Shown here: in pieces, positions 49,501-59,177 of the stretch
Position numbering within the stretch: the first letter of the stretch is position 1
Layout: each line of letters begins with the position of its first letter
NCBI GenBank assembly: GCA_965215265.1
Contig: OZ244048.1
Span: 2,336,001-2,400,000 of the forward strand
Origin: Candidatus Poribacteria bacterium
GTDB lineage: Bacteria; Poribacteria; WGA-4E; WGA-3G
Direction of reading: 5' to 3'
DNA: 64,000 nucleotides
Notes under the pieces: model-generated
Seen by the model: the letters and a program-made list of their open reading frames with translations, nothing else
What the model was told of the DNA's origin: nothing
Database searches by the model: none
Program-made: the position numbers and the translations under genes

Positions 49501-50405
49501 GCGATGCTGCTCCGTTATTAAGAACGCAAACCGTGCCTAACGCATCTACCAACCGTGTAGATACAACCCCTAATCAGCGTAATTCAGTGGAGTGGTTGCT
49601 CACCGCACTGAGGGGACAAACGCGTTTCTGGCTCACTGAAGAACAAGAAGCAGAGGATGCGATTTCTCTCTATCTGCTCCGAAACCTGCAAGATACACAC
49701 ACACTTTTCGGGCGAGTCAACCAGCACCATCGGCTTGAGTTTTCACCCTCACCAAAATTCAGCCTTGAATTCAACCTGCGTGTCGGGCGAATCCTTAACC
49801 GACGGATTAACACACAGGAACGCCGCAGGCACCACCGAACGTGGGACATAAGCCTTTCAATAAATCCAACGCAACGCCTGTCTGTTGGCGGTACTTGGGA
49901 ACAACTCCGAGAAACGGAGAAGTATAGCCAACTTTTCCTGACACCTATTGGCGAGGATTTGGAGCAGACAGTACCGCCTACCCCTATCTCCGACCTTCGT
50001 CAATTTGAGCAGAATACTGAACTGAGCCTCCAATACGAATTGAGCAGCTCGCTCCGCTGGAGCGGGCTCGGCGGATACAGACGAACAACCGATCGCGAGT
50101 ATCTCGACGAAAATCCGGCAGCCAGAACGCGTACTTTTTCATTTGAGAACCGTATCACCTATCGGCTCCTCGGCAAAGGACGGTTCGATATTAACTATAA
50201 ATTGGGCCATGGGGCGAGTGAAGGCGGCGTTCCATTTGCGCAATACTATTTTTACGAAGGCATCAGCCATGAAGTGCGCATCATCGCAGACTATAAGGTC
50301 CGGAAATTCACAGACCTCCTGTTACGTACTAACTACCGTTTGCTATCAACGAAGCAGAGGAGACCTGAACACCGCTTGGAGATGAACGTCAGTGCGGCAC
50401 TCTAA
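46557..50405 (+). CDS. Very large predicted outer-membrane beta-barrel protein (start likely TTG 46557)
   Basis: Signal peptide MRIPIFLFAFCLCIVPRA; alternating aromatic/hydrophobic strands; GVDYQIDYYPG and SDQDLPIQPEG motifs. Confidence 0.65.
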   Translation: MRIPIFLFAFCLCIVPRAEPEVDVPLPKNAENDGDDVLQLPTFSILQKKETFLLKVTSTTADEMYESAESTQKLDRKQEFTVRYPPILPNSEQVKDSTGKTLVRGVDYQIDYYPGKVTLKAESLFLSNVQDKSPLKITITYRTLPFAIKPIYKRDLYGETGVAEEPNGINGVPDTPGISTDTEQRTERQIGDTAPQPSSQLAVSGSQTFGISVGSGRSLSQNQELRLNVEGKVSDNITVLARLSDQDLPIQPEGTTENIQDIDQKLIRITHPHVSGTLGDFEGSLGNTEFIFFPRALEGVQVEGDFRWGRFHLIPSSIPKGKSTSIVIPGEEGRGEYRLTADAQYVIVKAGSEIVWLNGERMRRGENNDYVIRDYGDAIIEFNSKHLITSNDVIRVDFEYIPEDRAYQQNLYGINSIFRLPGDRLTVGASYAVEADLNQPAQVLITFDEEDVTALRQNRLDPDGDGVALTAPQKHTIWGLESRLNLTEETWLEGQFAYSAVDKNTYSNIDRKEVSQAWKLIGYSDWDFPIHDGKFRPQIAANLDVRALDAKFVPIGASSSNRTRAGYETQYAKEGFDDTFLFQNATGGYGNTAGRSTINEHDELITNFDLRGIPMSWLEITAGVGRTEEKAQQTLTPRDESEQDTIGETTDTTIRNNFNWGVNFNRRAGRQSRLSAGSLQQGVSSKYTAQNAQVQPSPRVQPTEPTRTRHLLSLLPHIRWNDYRSNSQIQVVSSAQDFRKSRQEGNLSYPLGPFEVMGTLSRLESKDAVQATRNRKRNRSTGRINLVDFKWASFNTSYELERAFAKEPLLTLDGETLGITDWQNHTTARTWKIGIFSQQGKWGNLSTNLARRILKAHTELGSDITTQLADINVHLTPLSRAIDVEVTYELDKKLTTQRREIYTDIHPHTGHRLQPGEGAYVKLDDLHYVEDFEEGTYIKIYQNVGDKPTTAIDAEFRFRFQPRQFFARRARARVNQASLSTRDAAPLLRTQTVPNASTNRVDTTPNQRNSVEWLLTALRGQTRFWLTEEQEAEDAISLYLLRNLQDTHTLFGRVNQHHRLEFSPSPKFSLEFNLRVGRILNRRINTQERRRHHRTWDISLSINPTQRLSVGGTWEQLRETEKYSQLFLTPIGEDLEQTVPPTPISDLRQFEQNTELSLQYELSSSLRWSGLGGYRRTTDREYLDENPAARTRTFSFENRITYRLLGKGRFDINYKLGHGASEGGVPFAQYYFYEGISHEVRIIADYKVRKFTDLLLRTNYRLLSTKQRRPEHRLEMNVSAAL

Positions 50406-50919
50406 ATGATTTCAGTATCGCGGGAGGGTGTTTTTCAGAAGTATAACGATTCCTCAAACCTTTTCTTTTGCCACTCCGCCCAGAAGTGCACGCTGAAGAC
50501 CAAAAGAAGGCAGCCCAGAAGGGTCAGCATCACAACATTTTCATACAAAATGCAATTTTTTTTACACTTTATGAATATTAGACGATATTTCCCGCAAAAT
50601 GCAAATCTTTTTATAGTAATGTGAGTTTGATATAGGCCCAATGAGTTTGGCCGCAGCCAGCAAACTTCTCGTGTTCTTATAAGTTATAACGGAAGTTTGA
50701 TATAAGCGAAGTGATTTTGTGGTATCATCTGCTGTGTGAAAATAATACCTATTGGATAAATTTTGTTTTCTCCAAAGACTTTTCCGCGTTTTCGCATGTT
50801 TCTTCGGGCAAACTGAGAACAGAAGCGCTGTCTTTTTTTTCCCGGCTTGACAAAATAAAAAAAACTGTATAAAATGATATATCAGCACAAATATAGACTT
50901 GCAAGGAAAGGGAGACCTG

Positions 50920-52266
50920 ATGATTCAAACCGCTTATAAAGAAACATATCGTCCGCAATTCCACTTCACACCGAAAATGAATTGGACGAACGATCCGAAC
51001 GGCTTGATTTACTACAAAGGTGAGTTCCACCTCTTCTTTCAACACAATCCGTTCGGCATTGATTGGGGGAACATGACATGGGGGCATGCTGTTAGCACGG
51101 ACCTGGTTCATTGGAAACAACTCCCGCACGCGATACATCCGGATGAGCTCGGCACAATTTTCTCTGGATCTGGAGTCGTAGATTGGAAAAATACTGCTGG
51201 GTTCCAAACCGGAGATGAGGCGGTGCTTGTTAATATCTATACTTCTGCCGGGGGGCATGCTCCGGAACCGGTACCTTTTACGCAAAGTATCGCTTATAGC
51301 AATGACCGGGGCAGAAGTTGGACAAAATATGAAAGTAATCCTGTCCTTGAACACATCGTAGGAAGCAACCGCGATCCGAAAGTGATCTGGCATGAGCCGA
51401 CACAAAAGTGGGTCATGGCACTGTATCTAGAGGAGAACGACTATGCCCTATTTGGTTCGCCAAACTTGAAAGAGTGGAGCCGGCTCTCTGAGCTTCAAAT
51501 CCCGGATACAGAATGCCCTGACATTTTCGAGCTGCCGGTCGACGGAGATTCAGAAAATACCAAGTGGGTGTTCTGGGGTGCTGCCGGCAAATATTACATC
51601 GGGGATTTTGATGGCACAACCTTCACGCCAGACGACGATGCTCTCCGTGCAGACTATGGTGCTAATTTTTATGCTGCACAAACATGGAGCGATGTGCCTG
51701 AATCAGATGGTAGACGTATCCAAATCGCCTGGATGAGTGGCAGCAAGCCGCCAGAGATGCCTTTCAATCAGCAGATGAGTTTTCCTTGCGAATTGACACT
51801 GCGGACAACGCCAGAGGGGATACGGTTGCATCGAGAACCGGTTGCCGAAATAGAAAACATTCATGCGTATACGCATACGTGGAGCAATCTTGCACTTAAC
51901 CCTGGTGAAGATATACTTGCAGGCTTGACAGGCGAATTCTTTGATATACGCGTTGAAGTGGCGTTAAACGATGCGACTGCTTTCGGCTTCAAAATTCGCG
52001 GACAAGACATCCGGTACGATGTCGCACAGCAGGAGCTAACTTTCCTTGAGCGGCGTGGACCTCTTACTCCACGAAATGGGGAAATTCAGCTGCAAATTCT
52101 TGTAGATCGTATCTCTATAGAGGCATTCGGCAATAATGGCGAACTTTCTATGACTTCCTATTTCGTACCAGACTTGGAGAACGCAGAGGTAGGAATATAC
52201 GCGGAAGGCGGTACTGCAACGTTGGTATCGCTAAAGGTTCATGAATTGAAGTCGGCGTGGGTATAA
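50920..52266 (+). CDS. Glycoside hydrolase family 32 (levanase/fructan beta-fructosidase)
   Basis: WTNDPNG; WGHAVS; FSGS; RDPKV; ECPD; promoter TTGACA-17-TAAAAT at 50847-50875. Confidence 0.93.
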   Translation: MIQTAYKETYRPQFHFTPKMNWTNDPNGLIYYKGEFHLFFQHNPFGIDWGNMTWGHAVSTDLVHWKQLPHAIHPDELGTIFSGSGVVDWKNTAGFQTGDEAVLVNIYTSAGGHAPEPVPFTQSIAYSNDRGRSWTKYESNPVLEHIVGSNRDPKVIWHEPTQKWVMALYLEENDYALFGSPNLKEWSRLSELQIPDTECPDIFELPVDGDSENTKWVFWGAAGKYYIGDFDGTTFTPDDDALRADYGANFYAAQTWSDVPESDGRRIQIAWMSGSKPPEMPFNQQMSFPCELTLRTTPEGIRLHREPVAEIENIHAYTHTWSNLALNPGEDILAGLTGEFFDIRVEVALNDATAFGFKIRGQDIRYDVAQQELTFLERRGPLTPRNGEIQLQILVDRISIEAFGNNGELSMTSYFVPDLENAEVGIYAEGGTATLVSLKVHELKSAWV

Positions 52267-52424
52267 GCAGTGCTTTCCGTTGTGAGGCAGGAGTTGTTAC
52301 GCCTGCTTTTTTCTTACTTATAGTTAGTAAAGTTTCAGAATTAACCGGACACCTTCGCTCGGCGTGCTTTAATGACGATTACGAATGTCATCCGGGAATG
52401 TCCTCACCCCCTTATCAGGAGACA

Positions 52425-52564
52425 GTGAGTTTACCGTCCGCACCGGGTTGTCTGCAGTGCCTGCTGCACGCCTGCGTTGGAGACTTCTTCAGTTCCGAGC
52501 ATCGCCACGGCGGCTGTTAGGTCCTGCGTTGTTGAACTCAGATCCGGTTGCTCAACTGATGACG
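52425..52564 (-). pseudogene. Decayed, internally deleted copy of the 3' end of the giant surface-protein gene
   Basis: Matches 53930-54205, e.g. CGGGTTGTCTGCAG..CTGCTGCAC.CCTGCGTTGGAGAC.TCTTCA and TCCTGCGTTGTT.AACTC.GAT.CGGTTGC.CAACTGATGACG. Confidence 0.75.
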
Positions 52565-52618
52565 GTTTTGTCATCCTTGCCGCGTCCGAGTATCAAGGGA
52601 CGGTGGCTCTCCGTGATG

Positions 52619-53659
52619 TTACGTGTCAGTACCGTTGTCAGCTGCCTCCAGCTGCCGCACGAGTTCTGCCCGCACCTCCGGAGATAAATCCCGAATCTCC
52701 TCCGGGCGAAGTCCGGCTAACCGCTCCTCGGGGCTGAGTCCTTCGACGCGCTCCTCGGGGCTGAGTCCTTTGACACGTTCATCGGGACTCAGGCGTGCTA
52801 ACATATCGGCCCGGTCTGCCGCAGATAACCTTGCTAACATGTCCGCGCGGGCTTCAGCGGGCAGCCGTGCGAGCAGATCCGCCCGGTCTTGAGGACTCAA
52901 GCGGGCCAGCATGTCCGCACGCTCCTCCGATGTCAGTGCTGACAGCAGCTTCGGACCTAAAGTCGTCGCGACTTCGCGAAGACGACTCTGAAAGAAATCT
53001 TGACGGCCTTCCATTTCACAAATCTCCTCCGTGACTTCCGGCTGCAAATACAACGCGGAGTCAAAATATAACGTATTCTCTTCTGTTATCACACGCCGCA
53101 GGAACGCACGAAACTGTTTCTGCGCCGACGCAAACAGCAGCAACCAATAATTCGGCTCAACCAACTCCACTTCATTGCAAACCAACAGATGCACCGGCAC
53201 GCCATCCATCAACCGATAATGCCCCGCCGCCAACGGCTCCCACGGCTCCCCAAAAGGCGGATGTGTCAGCAGCGCCCGCGGCTTCCGAGACGATACTATC
53301 GTCAGGGTTAACTCGGTTGCAGGCACCTGCTTATCTGCCAGATAACCACGCGCACGCATGCAAATCCGGTGATACGCCGATTCATTCAACGGGTCGTTTT
53401 GTCCTTTGAATTCAAACAGATTATGCGTGCGTAAGTAAGAGAGCAGCGGATTGTCCCGCACTCTCGCGCGGGCTGCGGCGCTTTCGAGGAGAGCGAGTGC
53501 ATCTATGCGCTGCGGCAACCGGTTCACTTCTATCTCTGTCTGGATAGAGGCACCCAGCCCAGAGAACAGCAGCGCGAGAAACTCTTTGAAGAAAGGGTCC
53601 CAGAGTTTCCGTTTGCTTGGTGTTTGTTTGGATGTCTCTGGTGCCGTAGTTTGCCTCAT
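52619..53659 (-). CDS. Rpn-like PD-(D/E)XK nuclease-family protein with C-terminal LSPEER-type helical repeats
   Basis: WDPFFK...RIDAL...LFEFK catalytic-type pattern; repeats LARLSPQDRAD/LSPEERVEG; own promoter TTGACA-18-TATACT at 53693-53722 (minus strand). Confidence 0.65.
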   Translation of the reverse strand: MRQTTAPETSKQTPSKRKLWDPFFKEFLALLFSGLGASIQTEIEVNRLPQRIDALALLESAAARARVRDNPLLSYLRTHNLFEFKGQNDPLNESAYHRICMRARGYLADKQVPATELTLTIVSSRKPRALLTHPPFGEPWEPLAAGHYRLMDGVPVHLLVCNEVELVEPNYWLLLFASAQKQFRAFLRRVITEENTLYFDSALYLQPEVTEEICEMEGRQDFFQSRLREVATTLGPKLLSALTSEERADMLARLSPQDRADLLARLPAEARADMLARLSAADRADMLARLSPDERVKGLSPEERVEGLSPEERLAGLRPEEIRDLSPEVRAELVRQLEAADNGTDT

Positions 53660-53821
53660 CTATCTCCTTAGACGCTTAACTCCTTATCATAAAGTATAGC
53701 AGCCTTTCTGCTTTTTTGTCAACGCCTTTTTTTGGGGCCCCGGTGCGAAAATCGCGCCTGTTTTGACTCGCACCAGGGCATCGGATTTTCCGGCACAAAA
53801 GCAGAGCCATCTATCCAAAGC

Positions 53822-53860
53822 AAAAAAATAGGGGCAACCACTTGTGAGGGTGGCTGCCCC
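53822..53860 (-). terminator. Rho-independent terminator of the giant surface-protein gene
   Basis: GGGGCAACCAC/GTGGCTGCCCC stem followed by a T-run on the minus strand. Confidence 0.7.
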
Positions 53861-53895
53861 TGGTTTGGGTTAGGTGAGTTTAGCATTCACAGCGT

Positions 53896-56800
53896 TTATT
53901 CTTCCGATTTGAGCGTTGCCCAGCGTTCTGTGAGTTTCCCATCTGCACTCAGATGCCCTTTCAAGCGGGTTGTCTGCAGCGTCTGCTGCACACCTGCGTT
54001 GGAGACATCTTCAATGCGGTAGTAATACACCACATTCGGTTTGGCAGACGTATCCGTCCAACTATAGTCGTTGCGTTCGCCTGTGGTGCCGGCCCCTGCA
54101 ATCAACTCGGAGTTTATCTTTGTGAAGGTGCCGTTGCGCGCATCGCTCCGCAGCAGGTTGAATCCTGCGTTGTTCAACTCGGATTCGGTTGCCCAACTGA
54201 TGACGATAGCGCCTTCTACGCGTTTCGCGGTGAATGCAGAGAGCGCCACGGGCAGCGGGCCGCCGCCCCGATAGCCGGGAGTGCCTTCATCCTCAGCATT
54301 ACCGTAGAAGGTGTCGCGCTGCGCCTCGTTCAAAGAGGTGTTGGCGGCTAGCACCCAACCCGCTTCGGTGGTGCCGTCTTCGGCAACTGCGCCGGTGGCA
54401 CGGCTAGCGCTGCCGTAGCGGCGGATGATGGAGCTGCGCCCGTCTTCAAGCATTGGCAGCTCCCAGGCAGGTTCTTCCCCTCGCCCGACATAGTTGCCAA
54501 CCGTATCCACCACGGGCTTGACACCAGAGGCTTCTTTACCATATAACGTCAACTTGAAGGCGGTGGTGGCTAGCACCGGCGAACGCCGTTCCAAGTCCAG
54601 TTTATCGCGATAAGCACTCTCGCGCCGCAGGTTGATGACACGTGCATCAGGGAAGTGGCCAGAGGTGCGCCCGGTGTCTGTCACGATGAGCAGCGTCTGG
54701 TTCGGGGGGATTATCTTACCGCCTACGAATTTGAGCGTCACATCTGGGCGAACGGCGGTGTCGGTGGTGGCATCTTGTTGGATGCGGAGCGTCCAGTCGT
54801 TCAGATTCACCGCTTCGGTTAGAGAACTATTGTGCAGCTCTATCCACTGCGGCAGCCGGTTGTCTGTGTCGAACATAATCTCGCTGATGGAGACTTGGCC
54901 CGCGGCGGATTTATCTTTCACTACACCGTTCTGATACCCGGGGGTACCGCCATACGCGTCTGCGTTCGGGGTATCGCGATCCCAGCCTATGCCGGTGAAA
55001 CCGCGTTTGCTCCACGCGTTTTCCGCGAAGTTGTTCTCATTGTCGCGCTGATACACTGACCCTTCCTTGAACGCCTCATCTATATCCTTAAAGATGTCCT
55101 TGTCGGGATCCGGTGTCGCCTGCAGTGGCCAAACCTCCGTATTGTAGTTCTGAGAATCATGCGTCCCTACAAACGGAACGAAAACAGCGCCTGCCGCATC
55201 TTCTATGTGAATCGGCTTATTCTTTTGCTCTTTCTTATTCCGCAGCAGCAACAAGAACTTACCGTCGGCAGGAAGGTTGAGGCCGGATACAACTATGTAT
55301 TGGTGCTTCGCACCATGCTTCACCTCATCCGCATCGGCCACGCCAAGATCGTCCCCACCGGCGAGCAAGTTCCCTTCTGGATTGCTGTTCGCAACTAGCA
55401 ACACACCCCCGCCGGCAATGCTCTTATCAGGCAGCGTCACAAGCACCGTCTCTTTGCCGTCGAAAGGGACTTTGTCGGGGGTACCCGTCACAAGCGTGAG
55501 CTCCCACTCTTTGATATTGACGGCGTCAGTCGTGTCGTTTCGCAGCTCTACCCAGTCTAGGCTGTCATCCGTGTGATTCCCTACTTCGTTGATGACAATC
55601 TTTCGACCTTCGAAACTCGTCCGGTCTCCGGCGGCGATACGCTGAGACGGGGTCGAACCAGGGGTGCCGATACGCTGCCCACCGAGGTTTATGCTCGGCG
55701 CAGAGGACGCTTGCCAGTTATCGGAACGGTTACCGTCTTTGACTTCATCTGGATCCTTCTCAAAATCTATGCTCCTATACATCGAAACCAGAGACGCAGA
55801 CGCGGCTTTATCAGTTGCCACAGTGCGCCCACCTCCACCGGGCACCTCCCAGTAGCCCAGCCCTAGATTGCTTATGCTATCTATCACCAGATAGGGTGTC
55901 TCTCCTATTGTCACTTCCGGACGAATCTCCAGCTTGCCCGTCGTAAAATACAACGACCAAGATTTGGCAACGGCAGTATCGGCAACCGCTTTTACTGCAT
56001 ACAGCTCTATCCACTGGCCTGCCGACGACGGCGTTTGACTCGCATCTTCGCCCCACAACACTTCGCTGATGACTACATCACCTTTCGCGGCACCGCCGGT
56101 GGTTAGCTTCGGCGCTATCAATTCTATCGTCCCACCATTACGGAAAAATTCGCTCAAGTTACGAGTGAGGGCTTCTACAGGTGCAACAGCACTGGAGATA
56201 CCATGCGTCGTGGCTGAGCTACCCTCTTGGGTCAAAACCTCAAATTTGCCCGCTGCCAACGCTGAAAGCGTGAAGTAGTCCGCTTTCGCGTCAGGGAGAA
56301 ATATCGTCAAGGAGGTGAGCCCTGACAACTCTTCTGGGATATCCGACACTTGCGTAGTACCACTGATATCCAGCTCTTCCAAGTTGGTGAGGGTTGACAG
56401 GGACGAGATATCCTCTACGGGCGTATCACTGAGATCCAGCTCTTTCAAGGTGGTTAGGGTTGACAGGGGCGAGACATCCGACACGGGCGTACCCTCGAGA
56501 TTCAGCTCTTCCAAGTTGGTGGCATATTTTAGTCCTGTCAGATCGCTAACGTCTGAGTCACTTAAATCGAGGTCTGTCAAGCCTAGCATATCTCCCCGGG
56601 TGACAGCCGTCCCCGCGGCGATGTCGAGTTCCTCCTTGATTTTCGCACGGAGCGCCGCATCCGGAATGTTCACCGCGATGCTTGCTGTATCTACAGGCAC
56701 CGTCAGCGTATTCGAGGCATAGCTCAGGTTGCCCGCTATGTCCATTGTGGCATCCTCTGGCACCGTTATTTCCACATCTCCCTCAAAAACCGCCGGCGGC

Positions 56801-58068
56801 GTGATAGTCGCTCTGTAGACTTTGAAGGCGGAACTATGTTTCACCAGTCCGTTATCCTCCTTCTCCGTAGCAAAAAAACCGGGATCCCGATGGTCTAAGC
56901 CGATTAAAATCGGGTCTGAAACCTGCCAATCAGCCGGCGCGGTGGTGCCCAGTGTCACCGCGGTGTCATCTACCGTGAACGTGATGTCCGTCGCCTCGAA
57001 GCCTCGCGTGCTATCTGCAATCACACCATCATCGTCACCTCCAATCCCATAGTTGTAGAATAGAAATTCCACATCAAAGGACACTGTCTGAGTGTCAGGT
57101 TCGGTAACAGCCGCATCGGGGTCTGTCGTTGCAAAATTCACATAGGCGGTGCGGTAACCCGTCTGAACATCATGAGTCCCGTCCTTGATCAGCCCGGGGA
57201 TCCTCACGCTCGCCCGTTTAGCATCTACTTGATAGTTAAGGCCGGTATGAATATAAGGGTGCGTAGTCGGCTCCTTATAGTTCATATTCTGCCGGCCCAC
57301 GTAAAAGTCCCTATTAAGCTGTTTTGAGTAGATATACGCATCGCCGGAGGGAGTTTTCCACTTATCAGTATCGGCGGTGGTCGAGACATCGGCCGGGATG
57401 GTCGTGGCATTATCTATGATGAAATTATTTGCATCGTCCTTATACGAAGGACGACCGTCACGCACCTTCCCATCTATATTAATGCCATCGCCGAAAAGGT
57501 TATCATTGTCTTGCACCGTGTATGTGAAATATACGACTTTAAGATCGGTGTCCGCCGCGGTCCTTGCTGAATCATAGACGGCATCTCGATCAGTGCCATC
57601 GGGGGGGGGGCGGAGGGCCTCACCGTCAAATACTAGACGCAGGGACGGCAGATTGGACGTTCCATCGTGCACGACTTTGACATCTATATGAAATGTCAAC
57701 TTAAGAACGATTTCATCTCCATTACCGAAAACTTTAATCTCTTGGCCCATGGGAGGGTTGGAGTACCCCGGGGCAGTAAGAATCTCCCCTCTCTGTCCTG
57801 CTACTAGATCCGCCCGCCTCGCGTCTCTTGCAGCTTCATCGGGATTGGTATTATCCTCCCAATCTTGATATAAATGTTGCCTGCTGTACGAATAGAGCGA
57901 ATGGCCTGTATGTGTACCTTCACTCTCTATCTCAACCGACCTTAACTCCGGTTTCGTTGCCTGCACAGTAGCCATCGGTGCGGCTAACATCGCAATCCCG
58001 GCTATCAGCAGCAACACAAAAAACTTGTTCCGGAAGGCTCCTATGGGAAGCCTATTTCTTCTATTCAT
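53896..58068 (-). CDS. Giant secreted/surface protein: Ig-like repeats, internalin-type LRRs, lamin-tail domains, PLPVxLS domain, KLTERWATLK tail
   Basis: SD GGAGG + ATG 58068; signal peptide; IPDAALRAKI LRR cap; LEELNLEGTPVSDVSPL repeats; ISEV/INEV/ISEIM...WIEL lamin-tail motifs. Confidence 0.85.
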   Translation of the reverse strand: MNRRNRLPIGAFRNKFFVLLLIAGIAMLAAPMATVQATKPELRSVEIESEGTHTGHSLYSYSRQHLYQDWEDNTNPDEAARDARRADLVAGQRGEILTAPGYSNPPMGQEIKVFGNGDEIVLKLTFHIDVKVVHDGTSNLPSLRLVFDGEALRPPPDGTDRDAVYDSARTAADTDLKVVYFTYTVQDNDNLFGDGINIDGKVRDGRPSYKDDANNFIIDNATTIPADVSTTADTDKWKTPSGDAYIYSKQLNRDFYVGRQNMNYKEPTTHPYIHTGLNYQVDAKRASVRIPGLIKDGTHDVQTGYRTAYVNFATTDPDAAVTEPDTQTVSFDVEFLFYNYGIGGDDDGVIADSTRGFEATDITFTVDDTAVTLGTTAPADWQVSDPILIGLDHRDPGFFATEKEDNGLVKHSSAFKVYRATITPPAVFEGDVEITVPEDATMDIAGNLSYASNTLTVPVDTASIAVNIPDAALRAKIKEELDIAAGTAVTRGDMLGLTDLDLSDSDVSDLTGLKYATNLEELNLEGTPVSDVSPLSTLTTLKELDLSDTPVEDISSLSTLTNLEELDISGTTQVSDIPEELSGLTSLTIFLPDAKADYFTLSALAAGKFEVLTQEGSSATTHGISSAVAPVEALTRNLSEFFRNGGTIELIAPKLTTGGAAKGDVVISEVLWGEDASQTPSSAGQWIELYAVKAVADTAVAKSWSLYFTTGKLEIRPEVTIGETPYLVIDSISNLGLGYWEVPGGGGRTVATDKAASASLVSMYRSIDFEKDPDEVKDGNRSDNWQASSAPSINLGGQRIGTPGSTPSQRIAAGDRTSFEGRKIVINEVGNHTDDSLDWVELRNDTTDAVNIKEWELTLVTGTPDKVPFDGKETVLVTLPDKSIAGGGVLLVANSNPEGNLLAGGDDLGVADADEVKHGAKHQYIVVSGLNLPADGKFLLLLRNKKEQKNKPIHIEDAAGAVFVPFVGTHDSQNYNTEVWPLQATPDPDKDIFKDIDEAFKEGSVYQRDNENNFAENAWSKRGFTGIGWDRDTPNADAYGGTPGYQNGVVKDKSAAGQVSISEIMFDTDNRLPQWIELHNSSLTEAVNLNDWTLRIQQDATTDTAVRPDVTLKFVGGKIIPPNQTLLIVTDTGRTSGHFPDARVINLRRESAYRDKLDLERRSPVLATTAFKLTLYGKEASGVKPVVDTVGNYVGRGEEPAWELPMLEDGRSSIIRRYGSASRATGAVAEDGTTEAGWVLAANTSLNEAQRDTFYGNAEDEGTPGYRGGGPLPVALSAFTAKRVEGAIVISWATESELNNAGFNLLRSDARNGTFTKINSELIAGAGTTGERNDYSWTDTSAKPNVVYYYRIEDVSNAGVQQTLQTTRLKGHLSADGKLTERWATLKSEE

Positions 58069-58425
58069 TCTTTTTTCCTCCATATAGCGAAGAAGCAAAC
58101 CTAACACGGACGGTTTAGTTTCTCGCCTGCCCAAACAAAAATATTGTTTAAAAATCAGTAATAAAATAAACTAGCCTTTAGTACATATCCGCCCTATCGG
58201 AGATTAATCGCGTTTTCAAAACAGCCTCACCTCAAAAGAGCGTTGAAATTGAGCCTGATATCTATTTGCAGACGGATTTAGACACAAGGTTCCAAACGAC
58301 TTCGTCACACTTATAGGAACGTTATGGGTTGTAAAAGGGTTATAATACAAAAGAATGTCAACCCATTTTACGCCATTTTACGGATGTTGCCTCAAACGGG
58401 TTCGGCAACTCACTTTGTAAAGTTA

Positions 58426-58454
58426 ATTATACCTGCAATCTAAAAAAATGTCAA
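58426..58454 (-). promoter_or_regulatory. Perfect sigma70 promoter for the giant surface-protein gene
   Basis: TTGACA-17-TATAAT on the minus strand. Confidence 0.75.
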
Positions 58455-59177
58455 CTCTTTTTTCTCTTATATACTTAAATATACCACAAAAATGGTAAAA
58501 GTCAAAACTTTTTTTTAGATACGGTGAACCGATACCGAATTCTGCTCGGTGTATCAATCACATTCGGGGCTTCGCCTTCGCTAATCTTAGTGAAAGTAAG
58601 GATAAAGGCAAAGGGCAGTGCCCGACGAGATGCACCGTTAAGATCCCGGTCAGGGTTTAGCATTCTATTATTTGCAAATGTGTGTCTTGTTAGTTTGACG
58701 AGATGTCCGCAGGCACCGCCCTCGGTGCTGTATCCATTGCTGTTGCACTGTAATGCTGGCGAAGATGAACGCCTTTAATGAAAGTTATTTATGGCAAATC
58801 AGAGAAGGTTGCTCATCATCTTCATCGTCGTGCACATCCGTGGTGATGTTTTCTTCTCTAGTAGATGCTGCATAACAAAAAGTCCTTGACTGTTCCCTCA
58901 TAACTGAAGTATAATTGACTTATCTACGCTATCCAAGTATTTTCCGAAAGACTTAACGAAATTAGAGAGGAGATTAGAACTGAATTGGAAAATAAAGAGA
59001 GTAGAAATGGGAATTAGAGAGCGGTTAAGAGAGATTGTGCAACTGAAAACGATGTAAAATCTACCTTTATCATAGGGTTTAACAAATGCCTGACACTAAC
59101 GCTAATTTATCAAGCAATCAAATTCGGAGTCTCTGCTTTTCTCTACTGCAGATAAAAAAAACGGAGTTCGCTAACGT

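Noticed and set aside
50435-50530. 31-aa hydrophobic minus-strand ORF (MLTLLGCLLLVFSVHFWAEWQKKRFEESLYF)
   Set aside because: It looks like a small membrane peptide but has no SD and no other support.
58560-58660. GAAA-capped hairpin and GGCAAAG suggesting a c-di-GMP-I riboswitch
   Set aside because: Order and spacing of the conserved elements do not fit; it would need an Infernal search to support.
58780-59060. Short ORFs and a purine-rich stretch upstream of the cytochrome c gene
   Set aside because: No recognisable product or consistent SD/start; possibly gene remnants but not supportable.
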